DNA of 64,000 nucleotides from Vicugna vicugna (Eukaryota): positions 2,999,779-3,063,778 of the forward strand of contig MU058718.1 of assembly GCA_013265495.1 (NCBI GenBank). The letters run 5' to 3'. Under the pieces are notes generated by a model. The model did no database searches and had not been told where the DNA came from. It saw only the letters and a list, made by a program, of their open reading frames with translations. Below, in pieces: positions 38,570 to 52,289 of the stretch. A program made the translations under genes and the position numbers. Position 1 is the first letter of the stretch. Each line of letters opens with the position of its first letter.

Positions 38570-38730
38570 TATTTATACCATAAATATTCATACATATATA
38601 TACACATATATATGATATAAGCATATCATACACATACTATATACACTTATATACCATATACTGTATACACACATATATGTACTGTATAGGTACACACACA
38701 CAAATACACATATATCACATATATGTCATT
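38570..38730. repeat. TA/CA-rich low-complexity tract
   Basis: Degenerate (TATACA)-like units. Confidence 0.75.
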
Positions 38731-41562
38731 TATAAACTCCTTATTTCACTTAATATGTTATAAGCATTTTTCTACTCTAGTAAATATGGAAGTTCAGATA
38801 ATTTGTAATAACTATAGAATTCTCCATTGTATTGCCATATAATAATTCACTTAACCAATCCCTTATAATAGGACATTTAGACTTTTTCTCCCTATTTCCA
38901 GTTTAATGTAGTTGGGGGAAAAGTTTTTTTTCAAGCTGCTGGCAGAGTTCGACAAGGCAGGAGAAACAAAAATGGACTGCTTTCTATGATATGGGGCAGC
39001 CAACCCAAGTTTCTGGGTCAGAAAAGCAAGGGCGCTGGGGAGTCTCTGAGTTACAGATGGTCTGAGACAAGGCAGGAATCAGCATTTTAGATGAAAATAT
39101 AAAATTCATATATGATAGCCTCACAGCAACACCTGTGACAAACCAGGAATGATTTTCAGACCAACTGGATGACAAGCAAATTCAACCAACTGGAAGTCAA
39201 TGATACTTCCAACATTTGATGATCACACATAATTGCTTGTTCATACACATGACCAAAATTCAGGAATTAAACCTTAACAGTAACCAAGATCAAGTGAAAA
39301 CCTGATTTTTCCTTGTTGAAATACAAGCTAAGATTTTGCTTATTTTTTAAAAAGTCTATCATAAAAAAGAATTAACACAGAAAAACTAGTCATGTCAGAC
39401 ATACTAATAAAATGTGCCTCCCTCATGACTCCCATCTGAGGCCTGGCTCCTTCCAGCTCCGCTGCTTTTCCCCAGGCTTTTCCCTTCATTGTTAACGTGT
39501 GGGGCTGGGCTCTGTCCTCAGGGTGCCTTCCTGCCATGGCATTCTCTGGTTCTCAGTGATCCACCCAAACAAAACAAGGACAATCATCCCACCACCACGC
39601 CCACCACTACCATCAAGAAAATTTGTCCATTTTGGAAGGCAAAAAACAAAAAGGGGTTTTTCTTTCTAAGTGTTTAAAAATAAACCTCAAACTACCTTTG
39701 AGCCAGAAGCGTCCCAGGATATCCCACACCATCCATTCTTAAACCTGGCGGGCTCATCTGGCCCAGCTGTACCTTGAATCTTACTAGAGCTGAATGACAA
39801 CCCCCCTGCATGGGTTACAGTGGTGCTTGGCAAGCTCACACCAAGTATAAGGACTTCTGGTGAAGAAGTCATCTCAGTTTGGGAAAAATGAGTAATTTGG
39901 CCATTTAATTTGCATTGTTCTGAAAGTTGCCAGACTTGCCCTGCAGGGCATAGTGTCAAAAACTTTCATCTTCCTTGGCTCCGCCTCCTCTCTCTGTGTG
40001 CAGAGCAGAACAAAGGGAGGAGGCCTCGAGGCAGTGCCATCCAAGGAGCCAAACAGAGGTCTGGGTTTTGAACGAAGGATAACTTTTCAATTGTAAAAGC
40101 TCTTCCACGGAAGCTTTCACTCAAGGCTTTTATTGACTTTACAAATGGGAAGGAGTCCAAGCTAGGGAGTATGCCATCGGAAGTTAAGTGGCAGGAACAG
40201 GTCTGCAACTATTCTCCCTAGGAAAGATAATTTCCCTGTGTTTTTTATTCCATACAAATACACTCACAGAGGACAGACACATTTCCCCATAGTCTTCATT
40301 TGGAAAGTATCACGCATGCTGGTAAGCTTGTTTCTGTGAGTGGCATGGTCCCTGATTCAGGAAATACAAACTCCTGCACGTAAGTGAAGTCACCCTGTAA
40401 CTAGCAGGTGAACTGCTTATCTAAACATTTGCTTTGTCTTATGCTTGGAAGAAGGCTGTTGTCCTGAAGCCTTTTCAAAAGGGCCCTTGACTCCTCTTTC
40501 TAAGGCTGTTTTCCTGCTCTTCAGAGGAAGGTTGTTAATCAGATCCTTTAAACCACCTTTTATTCTGAGCTAGTGCAGTTCATAATCTGTCTGTCAAAGT
40601 CGGCCTTGGCCCTGGTCAGCTCTCCCTCGGACCCCGGGGCTCTACGCTCAAAATGGAGGCGTCTTAAGCTCCCCGGGGCACTCCATTTCACCTCCTCTTT
40701 TCTCAAAGGACCCAATTTCTTTTTCATCTTATCATTTGAAAACTCTAAGAAAGAGTTTTTTTGTCTAAAATAAAGTTATACGGGTTTCTTCCCAAATTCA
40801 TTATCACAGAGAGGAAACTGAGGATCTGAGACAACCTGAAATCATGTAGTGCCTCAGAGATCAAAGACACCAACACAAATGCACTTCCTCTCGCTCTAAT
40901 AAAAAGGCTGTCCAGACTTAGGAATTTAAATGTTTAAAAGTGACAACAAATATGAGTACAGCGCAGAGAGAGGCGCAATAAAACCGAGTGTAAAACCTGA
41001 ACATGACCAAATAAGGCTTGTAGGTAGAGAAATGGGGGCCATTCTGTGGACTGCGAGGTAATACCGAGTAAGTAGTGCAGAGTCAACAGAGCTCTAATAA
41101 TGCAATCGGTAACGGGCGCATTCCAAGAAGAAATTTTCCACAGTCAAAAGTTTAAAAATCGGGTAAAAAACAATGGTTCTCAAGAGGTAAAGGCAATTGG
41201 AACCCAGAAAGTTTATCACTTGCAAGTGTGAGTTATTTATCTTGTAGGTTCTGAAAGAGCGTTGTTTTAAAATATCTAAGTGTATAGTTATAAAACCTCA
41301 GTATTGGTCAACAAACCTGGACCTGTCCAAGCCTAATTCCACCAAGTGTTTCCAGGGACCAGCAGGATTATCACAGACCTTCTCATCTACTTTCCTCACC
41401 TTCATCCTCCTTATCACATATCGTTACTGAAACACATTTTTGAACAAAGTCATATTGCAACCACTATAGTTTTTCCTACTATAACACTAGTTCTTGATAG
41501 TTACGATTGATATGAAGGAAGTGATTTAAAAACATTAAAACATATCTAAATTTCTTTGACAC

Positions 41563-42058
41563 ATTGAGAGGTGGGGTCTTTGGCTCCGCCCCTTGGGTCT
41601 GGGCTGTAAGCGATAATCCCATCACTAATGGAATAGACGCTGCGTAGGCTGCATCAGGAAAGGCCAGGCAGCTTCCCCTGGCTCTCCAGGACACTCACTC
41701 CCAGAGGAGCTGGCCACCATGTCAGAAGTCTGGCTGTTCTGAGACTGTCATGCCAGAGGGGCCACTTATTGGCCCTTCAGTCAGCAGCCCTACTGAGCTC
41801 CCAGCCTGCAGTCAACATCAACTACCAGACGTGTCAGAAAGAAGCCTCAGGATCATTTCAGACCGAGTCATAAAGTCACGCCCAACTCTTGAGTCTCCTA
41901 GCTGAGGTCCCAGACATTGCGGGAAAAGACAAGCTGTCCATGCTTACTGCGTCCCGTCTGAATTCCTGACCTACAGAATCCAAGAGCACAATAAATGGTT
42001 GTTTTATGCCACCAAGTTTTTGGGGTTGTTTTGTGATGCAGCAATAGTAACTAGAACA
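41563..42058 (+). mobile_element. MLT1G/H-like MaLR solo LTR
   Basis: cagtcaacatcaactaccagac...ctgaattcctgacctacagaatc...aataaatggttgttttatgccaccaag...gcagcaatagtaactagaaca. Confidence 0.85.
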
Positions 42059-44984
42059 ATCCATATTCACTGTGCTTCTTAATTCATCTACCATGTTTAA
42101 TTCAATTCAGGTTATAAAACCTAATGCTGCAGGAAAACCTGTACTGACTCCAATCTTTGTCGTATGTTTTCCCAACCCAGTATGATTTAGCCACTGTACA
42201 GTAATTGCATGTGGGTGAGAGAGAGAGAGAGAATGAGTCGAACAATCTTTTGTAAAAAGTAAAATGGATAAGGTTCATCTAGGCTAACACTTCAGGGGTC
42301 TCACACAGTCACCATGCACAACTGACTTACACTCCTGCTTATTCAGAACTACTTTGGCACCAGGGTTTTTATGAAATTATGTCTCCAGTGTGTATAGACC
42401 TGGGCCAGCTTGAAGATCCCAGGGCACCATGTGGCCTGAACAATGCTCCTGTCATCCTCCACTATCTGATAAATGGCACATGCGTGACTACTGGACAGAG
42501 AGGTGGTTGTCCACTTGGCTGAGGGTTCAGTCTAATCTCTTGACCTACTTAGTCCTCAGATCCAGGAAACTGTTGATGAATACTTACATTCTGATCAAGA
42601 AAGCAAGATACTAATTTTTAGATCACAGGACCTGTGGATGTGGGGATAGGGCAGGTTAGAGATGTGCAAGTGGGTGATGGGTATTTACTTTGTAGTGGTC
42701 TGTGCTTCTCGAATTGTCATTTCTCAGCTCATCTTGAAACAGAAGGAGCAACCGGAGCCAGGTTTGGGTCCTGGCCAATAAAATAGACCAAAGTGAGAAG
42801 CTTTGATTGTGGTCAAATTCTACAGAATAGGAAAATAAAGTGAATCGGTAATGCTGGAAACAGATTTATAGAATGGTTGAACAGCAGGATTCTCCTACAA
42901 GATCAGATTTCCCAGAAAGGATGAACTGAACATACTGTGAATATTTTTTCAACGGAGATAAGGTTAAAAATGAGTCTATGTTGGTTTCTTCCTTTTCCTT
43001 TTCAATGAATCATGATACTGAACAGCTCAATTAAAACAGCCTGAAAAGATCATAGGCATCGCTCAGAAGCCCTGGACCTTCATTTCCACTAAATGAAGTT
43101 GGCGTATCCATTAACATGGAAAACCTCCCTCCTGGCAAGTGAGTGCTCTTGAGTTCAAGACTATTTTTCTGAAGCTCATCAGGTCAACCTTAGTCTGAAG
43201 TCATTAAAAAACCACCCAAGCCATTTCAAGTTCAACATTATCCTTCCTGACAAGTCTACTGCTATTTGTTACTTAAATGCATGATTCACAGCTTCAGACT
43301 CTGTTGTCTACAGAGATACTTTCTTCCCCCGATCTTCTAAGCACTGGTGGTTTACAACACATTTCTAGCTCAGGGCCATAGCAGGCTCTAGTAAAAAGGC
43401 GGTCCCTTCCAGTGCTGAAGGGATCTTCAAATTAAATGGTTTGCTTTCACTCAATTTCATAGTCTAGCCCTCAATGATAAAACATGCCTTCTTTGTAATA
43501 GGGTTAGGGTCAGAGGCCACAAGAGAAAGACCATATTGATAGCCTGAGAAACTAATGCTGTCATTTATATAAAGGAATCACAGTCACATTAATTTCTTTC
43601 CTCTGTAGTCATGCATGGCTAGTTAGATTCATCTGAAGCCTCCTGACTCACCCTTGGAAGGCAGCTGGTGTAAATGGCTCTTGCAGAAGGACTTTATCTG
43701 AAAGGAATTGTTTAGATTGAGAGGGAAAATATTCTGTGCTCAGAATTTAGCTCAATCTTCCTCCAAACTATGACATTTCCAAGTGGGATGGCAAGTAGTC
43801 TTCTGATGGTGGAGAAAGGAGCTTACACCCTTCATAGATGCCAATGGTCCAAGATTAATTTCATTCAATTAACTTTGTTTTTAAAGGGCAAACATCAGGT
43901 TATTTTCTCCCCAATACCAACATGATGGATTGGAAGCTTTTCTTAAGGAGGGACCAAGAGTATTTGGAGTTTGGAGAAATTCGGGGGAGGACAAGTTAGG
44001 GTAGGTTATGAGCACAACTCCCTCTGGAAGACTCTGGATACCTACAGAAAAGAGGAATCAAGGCAAAGCAGTAGGATTCATCAGAGATCACCTGCCTAAC
44101 TGACCACCACACCAAGCCCATCAGGGTTGAAACTCTCCCATGCTGCTTCTAACACACTGTTGCCTGCCTACATCAACATTCCCACATTTCAGACTATCAC
44201 TGCTCCATTCAATATGTAGTTTGCTATACAAATATATAGGACACTGGTATGAAAGTTTTAAGAGTTTCTTATCAGAGAATATTTAAAGTACAGGATTACA
44301 CTTGTTTTTGTGTTGAGTTATGCCCATTTCACTGCAATAGGTGAGTCTCTGTTTCCTCACACTTAAATTAGGATATAGAAAAGAATGACACAAAATATAA
44401 GTTGACATATATTTACCCCATATCAATAAAAGTATTGCAGACTGTTGGTATCCACTCTAATGTGAGACACAAAAGGATTATGAAATATAGTCCTAAGATA
44501 AAAGAACTTCAAAAGATAAAGACAAGAGACTAGCAGAAATGTCATAAAAAGGAGAGGACAGAAAAATAATAAATTACTATTTGTAATGAAAAGGCTACAG
44601 ATAAGCTTGCTTCCTTCTAGATGTGAACATGAATTTGCTTAAACTCACTTCTTAAAAACTTCCAGAGAAAGTGTTTCCAACACTTTGCATAAGCCATTTA
44701 CACAGGCAGGTGCAGGAAAGTGGTCAAGCAGATGGCAGGAATTCTATGTGCTGGAAGAAAATGGTTATCTTAATTTATCCTTGATTAGAGAGAGATGAAT
44801 GAAGGAGATGGAGAGTGTTCAAAGTAAGGTACTTGAGGGAACTGAAATGGGAGGGACTGGAGGGCAGAAAATTCAAGATAAGGTGGATAAGCAAAATGTG
44901 TGAAACAGGAAAAGAAAGCACATAGGCAGGAGGAAGATTGGTGGAAACATGACAGAGGAGACAGTAGCTCCAACTGTAAATGCT

Positions 44985-45250
44985 AGTATGTCTGAGAATC
45001 AATCACCAGGGGAACATGTTTTGTTATTTTTTTCTTTTCTTTTTCTTTCTTTTTTTTTTGTTTTTTGTTTTGTTTTGTTTCTTTGTTTTTGTTTGTTTGT
45101 TTGTTTTTAAAGCAAATACTTGGAACCCACTGCCAGTGATTTTGAATGGATTGGTGGGGACTAGAGCCTAAGAATTTACATAATAACATGCAATCTGAGA
45201 GTTTCTGACACAGTCAGTCCTAGTTAGGACCACATTTTGAGAGATGCTGA
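44985..45250 (+). mobile_element. MER5-like element interrupted by a T-rich simple repeat (about 45018-45108)
   Basis: gagaatcaatcaccaggggaacatgttt [T-rich] taaagcaaatact...ggaccacattttgagagatgctg. Confidence 0.55.
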
Positions 45251-46129
45251 AAAGAATGATTGTTAAAGTCTTGCAGAAGAAGGCAAAAGATCATAACCCT
45301 TAAACAGAAAAAGAAAGAGGGGACAAATAATATTTCTTGGTGAATTTATAGATCTTGTTTCTCTTTTGAGGGCAGGTTGGCATCTTCTCTAGGATCAGAG
45401 AGTAAATACCAAACCAAATGAAGTCTTACTTGCTCTGCCATATTTATAAGCAACTGTCTCTTATCTAGCAAACTTGTTTACCTAGAACACAGTTAAGCTA
45501 AGAAATGGGGCAGGAAAAAAATGCTGCAGAGTGGACAAAACAGACTTAAGCAAATCCACACACGGCTCTAATAAATAACTCCCTTGTTTCAAGCCTGTTT
45601 AGTTTTGCTTTAGAAATGTCTAAAAACTTAGCTATTGGGTTTCTTAACTCATAGAAATTTAGATCATAAAATTTGGCAAGGAAAGGTGCAGTAGGGAGCC
45701 CTGGGGTGGGGGAGAGATGCTGGAGGCACAGATACAGGTGGCAGCAAGGGACGATGACTGACCTAATGGTGAAGATTAGGAGAAGCAGACAGGATTCCCT
45801 TAGAGGAGAGGCAAACTCCCTCAAATGATGAATAACACTGAAGGGCCACTGTGCTCGTGTATGTTATAGCAACTGGTACTCATAATGATGACCTCTAAGT
45901 GAAAAAAAAAAAGGCTAAATTATGTTCTGTATATTTTATTGAAAAAGGCATGGAATTATGACATTTTTGAAGGTTTCCAATTTAAAATGGCTAAAATGTT
46001 TAGCAGATCAGAAAGTCAGCTTTGGTTTTCCATATTATGTTTTCATTTATTCATTTGCTCATTAATTACTTTCCTTAGAGCAGGCAGGGCATCACACTAA
46101 GTGCCAGGAGAAAAGAAAATGGTCCTTCT

Positions 46130-46310
46130 AAAAGCCAAAGGTGAGAGTCTGGAAATGCAAGCATTTGGAGTTTAGAATGAAGGTCAGAGATCTAGATGTG
46201 GATTTAGAGCCACTTGTGTAGAAGTTTCAGTTGAAGCCCTGTGAGTACAGAGAGGAGGGCAGAGAAGGGGACAGGGCAGCTTAGGGCAGAGCTCGGGAAT
46301 GACCTCGCTC
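46130..46310 (-). mobile_element. L2 remnant
   Basis: gagtctggaaatgcaag...ctagatgtggatttagagcc...gttgaagcc resembles antisense L2. Confidence 0.5.
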
Positions 46311-47329
46311 TCCAACGATAAATACAGCATGACTATGTTACATACAAGATGCTCGTTAATCCTTGTAACAACTAGGATGAACTATGACTCGGGAAATTTG
46401 GACATAATTAGGGACTAAGTCTCCTTTGGAACATAAGAACAAGGATTTGGTCTAATTGCATAATAAGATCAAAAATAAGAGTTGCTGAGAAAGACAAGCT
46501 TGACTGAGGCTCCTTCTGGTAAAGTAATTAAGCAAGTATCACCACAGAGCAAATTTCAGTGCTTCCCTTTTGATTCTGATCATTAGGGCTCTCACCTAAT
46601 CATGATGTAAAATTTTGCAAGATACCGGAGCTATGAAATATTTTGGTGCTTGTTAAGAAAAAGAAATACCTTCTAAATATTCAGTGAATAATGAATAAAG
46701 CACATTAAAAGACAAAATGCCTAGTGCATTAAGATGCATCAATCCACTAAGCCAAGCAAACAAAAGCTTTCTAAATTTTACCATTGATGTTTGTGAGTGC
46801 GATGTGGTAATCAAGGTGGTGTATTCCAAGTTTGCTGAGATTTCCCCATCAAGTCTCCTGCTAAATCATACGAGCAGTAAAGGTAAAATGTGTTTATTCA
46901 CCAAAACGTATGGAATATCTACTATACGCAAGACCCTTTGGTAGTTAAGTGGCAGATACAAAGGTGGATAATGTTTAGTCCGGACTTGGAAGGGGCTTAT
47001 GAGTAGCCGAGGTAGGTACAAATGACTACATCAGAAGGCAAGGGGTGATTATAAAGTGGCTTTCTCTTGTCCAACTTTTGAACAAATCATCCAAAGAATT
47101 TTGGACCTTAACATAGTGAGTAAACTGAACCCAGCATGTGACTGAGTTAACAGCAACGCCAACAGTTCTATCTCTTCTTTAATATATCACTATAATTTAT
47201 CAGCTGCCTTTACAACCAGGGGCAGACCCCACCAGTATCTAATGAAAGCTACACACTTTTAAGTGTTTGGAATGAATCAGTTCCAAAGGCAATTTTTACA
47301 TGACCTAGTTGTAAGAATCAAAGGCATAT

Positions 47330-47480
47330 GATTTATATACACATATAAAAATATTTATTTATGTGTATACATTTATATATAATAAATAAATAAAATTATA
47401 TATAATTATACAATATAATTATTTGTGTATTTGTATCTATACTATTTATTTATAATTATATATTTATATATATTAATATT
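47330..47480. repeat. AT-rich low-complexity tract
   Basis: Almost entirely A and T. Confidence 0.8.
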
Positions 47481-47914
47481 GCCAGGCATATGGTAGGCAA
47501 TCATTATTTACCTGTTGAATGAAAAATATTTAGAAGATAAAATTTGGTATAAATTTGCTATGAACTACCTGCGCTGTACATTTGTGATGTGCACCAATTG
47601 TTATCACTTGAAACTGTTAAATTGATCACATTCTTTAGATAGACATAATCAGTAGAACTCTTCCTTGGAGGTTAAATGCTCTCCTACATGTATCTGAAGA
47701 TCACGTATTCAACTAGAAAGTCAAGGGAATAAGGGAATGGGCCTTTGCTGGATGACAGCCATCTGGTGGTCCTCAGGTAAAACGATGCCTAAGTTTTCAC
47801 ATCACTGCCCTTTTAACCAATGAAGTTACTTGAGAAATCTTGCACCAGAGAGAAGAGTCTACAGTATATGGTCTAGTAAGTGTTAGTGTTTTCTAGTGCA
47901 ATCCAGGGTGCTAT

Positions 47915-48995
47915 TTTTAAAAATAAATGATAATTTTAGAATAGTTTTAGATTTACAAAAAAATTGTGAAAATAGTAAGAGTTCCCATATATCCAATGTC
48001 CAGTTTCCCCTACTGTTACTAGCTTACATTAATATGGTATATTTATCACCATTAATAAGCCCATATTGATATATAATCATTTTTATTAACTAAAGTCCAT
48101 ATTTTATTCAGATTTCCTTAATTTTTAACTTAATGTTCTTTTTCTGTTCCAGGATCCCATCCTGGACATCACATTGCATTTAGTTGTCATGTCTCCTAAG
48201 GCTCCTCTGGGTGTGGCAGTTTCTTAGAGTTTTCTTATTTCTAATGACTTTGACAGTCATTTTGTAGAATGCCCCTTTACTGGATTTGGTCTGATGTTTT
48301 TCCTGTGATTAGGCTGTGGTCGTGGGTTTTGGGGAAGAACACCAAAAATGTGGCGCCATTTTCATCACATCATATCAAGGATACATAGTATCAATGTGAC
48401 TTATCACTGCGATGTTGATCTTGATCACTTGGCTGGGGTAGTGTTTGTAAAGTCTCTCCATGGTAATGTTACTCTTTTCCCTTCTTTTCATACTGTACTT
48501 TTTGGAAAGAAGTCACTTCACAGAGCCCCTGCTTAGGAACTGGGGAATTATGTGCCACCTCCATAAAGCTGGGGTATTTACATAAACTGCATGGAATTTT
48601 GCAGCATGGGAAACTTTCTTCTCTCCTACTTATTTATTTATTCAATCATTTATTTATACCAGTATGGATTCATGGATATTTATTTTATATTTGGGGTTAT
48701 AATTTAAATACTACTTTATTTATTTTGTTGTCGAATTGTTCCAGCTTTGGTCATTGGGAACTCTTTCACTTGGCTTCTCTGTTCTTTTCATCTACTCTAA
48801 TCATTGTTTTTTGTTTTATTTTAGCACGTCCCTACTTTCTGGCTCATAAGATGCTCATAGGTAATTCTTGTATATTTTTTGCCACAGTCCTAGAATTATC
48901 CATTTCTCCAAGGATCCCTAGTACCTTTTATTGGAGAGTGGGTTTAGAACCCAACATCTGGGCACTAGGTGTACTTGCTGCTAATGGCTATTAAT
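47915..48995 (-). mobile_element. L1MC-like (L1MC3/4) 3' UTR region
   Basis: ttagatttacaaaaaaattg...gttccaggatcccatcc...acattgcatttagttgtcatgtctcct...catttctccaaggatcccta. Confidence 0.85.
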
Positions 48996-49344
48996 GGGTG
49001 CCATTTTGATGTTTCAGGGGAAACTTGCCCTTATCTTCCAAGAGGTTCTCGTAGTCCCACCTCTCCTTCCCCACTCTCCAAGTTCATAACCTGACCCTCT
49101 TCCTTTTGGCAAACCTCACTCAGTTTCTTCTTTTAGTTATTCATTAACAGCAACTCCTTCAGGGCAGTAACATTTAAAAGTAGCATTAGAAAGAGCCACC
49201 AGGAAAAAGGTATCTTTTGGAGATTTTTGTATCTCTTTGAAGTAGTTAGTAAGTATCCATAGAGAAAGTAAGAAACATTCTTCTACCATAGGCAGGTGTT
49301 TCAGTTCTAGGCTTTTGGCTACATCAGGTATCTACCTCCTAGGA

Positions 49345-49815
49345 AAGGTAATCTTTTCTTACTAACAGAAAACTCAGCTTAAAATAGCTAAAACAATAAG
49401 AAAATTGTTAGCTAGTTCAGCGATCCAATAATGTCGTCAAAGATCCAAGATCTTCCGAACTTTCTGCCGTGCTTTGTCTTTGTCCTCAGGCTTAGATGCC
49501 CTCATGACCCCAAGATGCTTCCCACAGGTCTAGGTGTAATATCTAGATAGAGTGAGTCTACCTCTTGCCTTTGAAGTATGAGAACAAATTTCCTAGAAGC
49601 CCCCAGCAGATTTCTTATGTCTCACAAGCCCAAATTGGATTGCATGTTCCTCTAGATGGACCACTGGTAATTTAAATGGGATTATCATAATAGGCTTAGA
49701 CCAAATAGAATATATCCTTGGGCTTCCCTGGGTGGGGTGGGGGGTAGATATCTAAATAAAATTGAGGTTCTATTAGCAGGGAAGAAGATGACCATTGGGT
49801 AGGCAACCACAAGTG
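49345..49815 (-). mobile_element. MLT1J/K-like MaLR LTR
   Basis: aacagaaaactcagcttaaaatagctaaaacaataag...gaagcccccagcagatttc...ggcttagaccaa...ttgggtaggcaacc. Confidence 0.75.
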
Positions 49816-49944
49816 TACAGTAGTAGAGCAGGGAAAGCATTATTATATCCCCTTATAACCCAGGATAAGTTCCCTTGATATATATACAGACATACACCAA
49901 CACATACTCTCAGAGTCATTATATTTCTTCATAGCATGTCAATC

Positions 49945-50395
49945 TTGAAGGCAGAGCTCGTGAAGGTAGTTTAATTGGAGGCTGATCTTAGAAAGCAAAA
50001 GTGAGGGACTACGGGCATGAAACAGGAAGAGAGAGAAACCAGCACAAGAATATATTATTGATTTGCCCACTGCTGTGGGCAACTGATACTTAATCCTGCT
50101 GAAACATTTTGAGAAGCTTTATGAAAAACATCTCGGAACTGCCCATCAATGGGATAAAAAGGGAAGGCATTAATTTATTAGCCTTAGTCTCCCGTTGATT
50201 AAAGGCAGCCCCATGGGTGTTAACTTTCCCCCACCCTAGGCTGGATAATTGTGACTTCTGAGCCGGTTCTCACACTTTAGCGTCAGAGAAGCCGTAGGGT
50301 AAGAAGCAGGAAGTAACCATTGGCCGAGGGGAGAGACTGTCAAATTATAGCTCTGTAAAGTTGGCCAAAGAGTGTCTGGAATTTGTTGCCACAGC
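49945..50395 (-). mobile_element. LTR33-like ERVL LTR
   Basis: gtagtttaattggaggctgatc...cactgctgtgggcaactg...gggtgttaact. Confidence 0.7.
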
Positions 50396-50509
50396 AAAGG
50401 ATGGATAAGAGTTTGGGCTGAGAGGATGTGAAAAAGAGGTGCAAAAGAAGAGTTGGAGGCATAGCATTGATCCTGATTATAATCATTCACCATCTGCAGG
50501 AATATTTAA

Positions 50510-50645
50510 TACATCTCCTCCACTAGACTGCAGCTCTGTGAGGACAGGAATTGCATGGATCTGGATTACTTTTTCCATCCCTGTCACCCAGCACAGTGCC
50601 TGGAGTATCGGAGGCAATCACTAAAAGCATATCGAATGAATAGAC
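50510..50645 (+). mobile_element. L2 3' terminus
   Basis: cactagactgcagctctgtgaggacagg...cagcacagtgcctgg...gaatgaat. Confidence 0.8.
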
Positions 50646-50799
50646 AGACAGAGGGATGTCACAAAATGAAGGAAAAAGTAATCCAATTGCCAGATTCATC
50701 ATTTCAAAAAGGAAGAGTCCAAGAATAGACTAAAAGCCAGCCCAACGTCCCCCAGTAAAGGACCCAGTCATCTGGGACCCCCTGGGTGTATGGGCTAGG

Positions 50800-50851
50800 T
50801 CAGAAGGAATGCACTGCAGAGCCTAGCTAGCGCTTGGATGGGAGAACACCT
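50800..50851 (+). pseudogene. Decayed 5S rRNA fragment (internal control region, box A to box C)
   Basis: Ungapped hand alignment to vertebrate 5S TCGGAAGCTAAGCAGGGTCGGGCCTGGTTAGTACTTGGATGGGAGACCGCCT gives 37/52 identities, including exact CTTGGATGGGAGA. Confidence 0.7.
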
Positions 50852-52109
50852 AAGGGAGGGCAGCCCTTCCTGCCCCCCTCAGCGTGACTCTGTGGGCTTC
50901 TGGAAGCCCCACAGGAGTTCTCTTTCAGGTATATTTCCTATGGAGTAACTCCTAGCATCTCTCGGATATCCAAAAGGTCAGTTTCTGAGTTTTCCTTGGT
51001 TCTTCTGGATCAGTCTAGTTCTGACCTGGCCCCACGGAGGAGCCATGGACTATGGTGCATGAAGTGGTCACCTGATCGGACCTGAACCCCAAGAATCTAG
51101 AATGGACTGGGACTGGAGCAGAGTCAGGTGTCCTCATTGCCCCAAAAGCGGCCACTCCATGGAGTATCACTTTACTTTGCATCCTTCTTGTGCCTCTTTT
51201 CTTATAGTTGTGGATTTACGACCCTTTGTCCCTTGAAGTTAATTCGAAGTTTCCAGGATACTGACTGTGTCAACCTCCATTCTTCCAACTCTAATACCTG
51301 CAGATGCTGTATAAGAAAGATAACTCACTATCCATTTCCTTCATAAAACATTTTAACTGTAAAAGAAAATGTTCTGGATTTCTTTCCCACGTTGATCAGG
51401 CGGCACATAATCCTCTGCTTGTATCTTGACGTAACCTGATCTAAGAACCTGTCTGATTAAAGCCATGTCTCCATCCTGCAGAGTTAAGGGCATTTATAGG
51501 AAGGAATATATTTTAATGACCATTGTGCAAATGCTATTAAGGCTATTACCCTGAAATGGTATTTCCCATCACTCAGCGGTGATTTGTCTGTTTTTGACAT
51601 TTGCTTCCTTTTTAAAATGCTGTATATAGACTGTAAGCTCTAGCAGACCTCCAAGAGAAGGTAAATCTGAGCATTGTTTATAATGTAGTCCCAGGGATCT
51701 CTTTCAAAATGAGAAGAGCTTATACACAATACATTAAGACCTCTCTCTGATCCCCTTGCCAAGTCACTGAGCCAGTCAAAAATGTTGGCAGGTTCCTCTA
51801 TTTGGACTGACGTTACCTACCGTAATTGCCCAGCAGAACTGACATCTGCGGATTCCTTCCATCCCCCATGATTTCCTGCAGGAGCCACTGGGAAGCTGGG
51901 TCCAGTTTACAAGGTTCACAGGTTGTTCCCCTTGATGCTGGCAGGTACAGCCAGTCTTTGGAAGCAGTCATACACCTGGCATTCAAGCATCTAAGGTCTT
52001 TCAGGTAACTGAAATGGCTCCCTTGCCTGATCCTGCAGCTTAGAGCTCCCAGGTGACTACTGATTGACTTGTATACGTTAAGTGTTTTTATTACACATAA
52101 AATAATATT

Positions 52110-52280
52110 AACAAAAAAAGGATGGGAAGAAACTTTTGTAGTTTTAGATATGTTTATGACATAGATTATGGTGATAGTTTCATGGAAACATTATCTCCAA
52201 ACTCATCATACAGTACCCATTAAATCTGTACAACTTTTTGTATGTCCATCATACCTCAATAAAGGAGTTTAAAAAATAAA
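52110..52280 (+). mobile_element. Old L1 (L1M) 3' end
   Basis: gatatgtttatgacatagattatggtgatagtttcatgg...aaactcatca...atacctcaataaagg. Confidence 0.8.
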
Positions 52281-52289
52281 TGTAAATTA

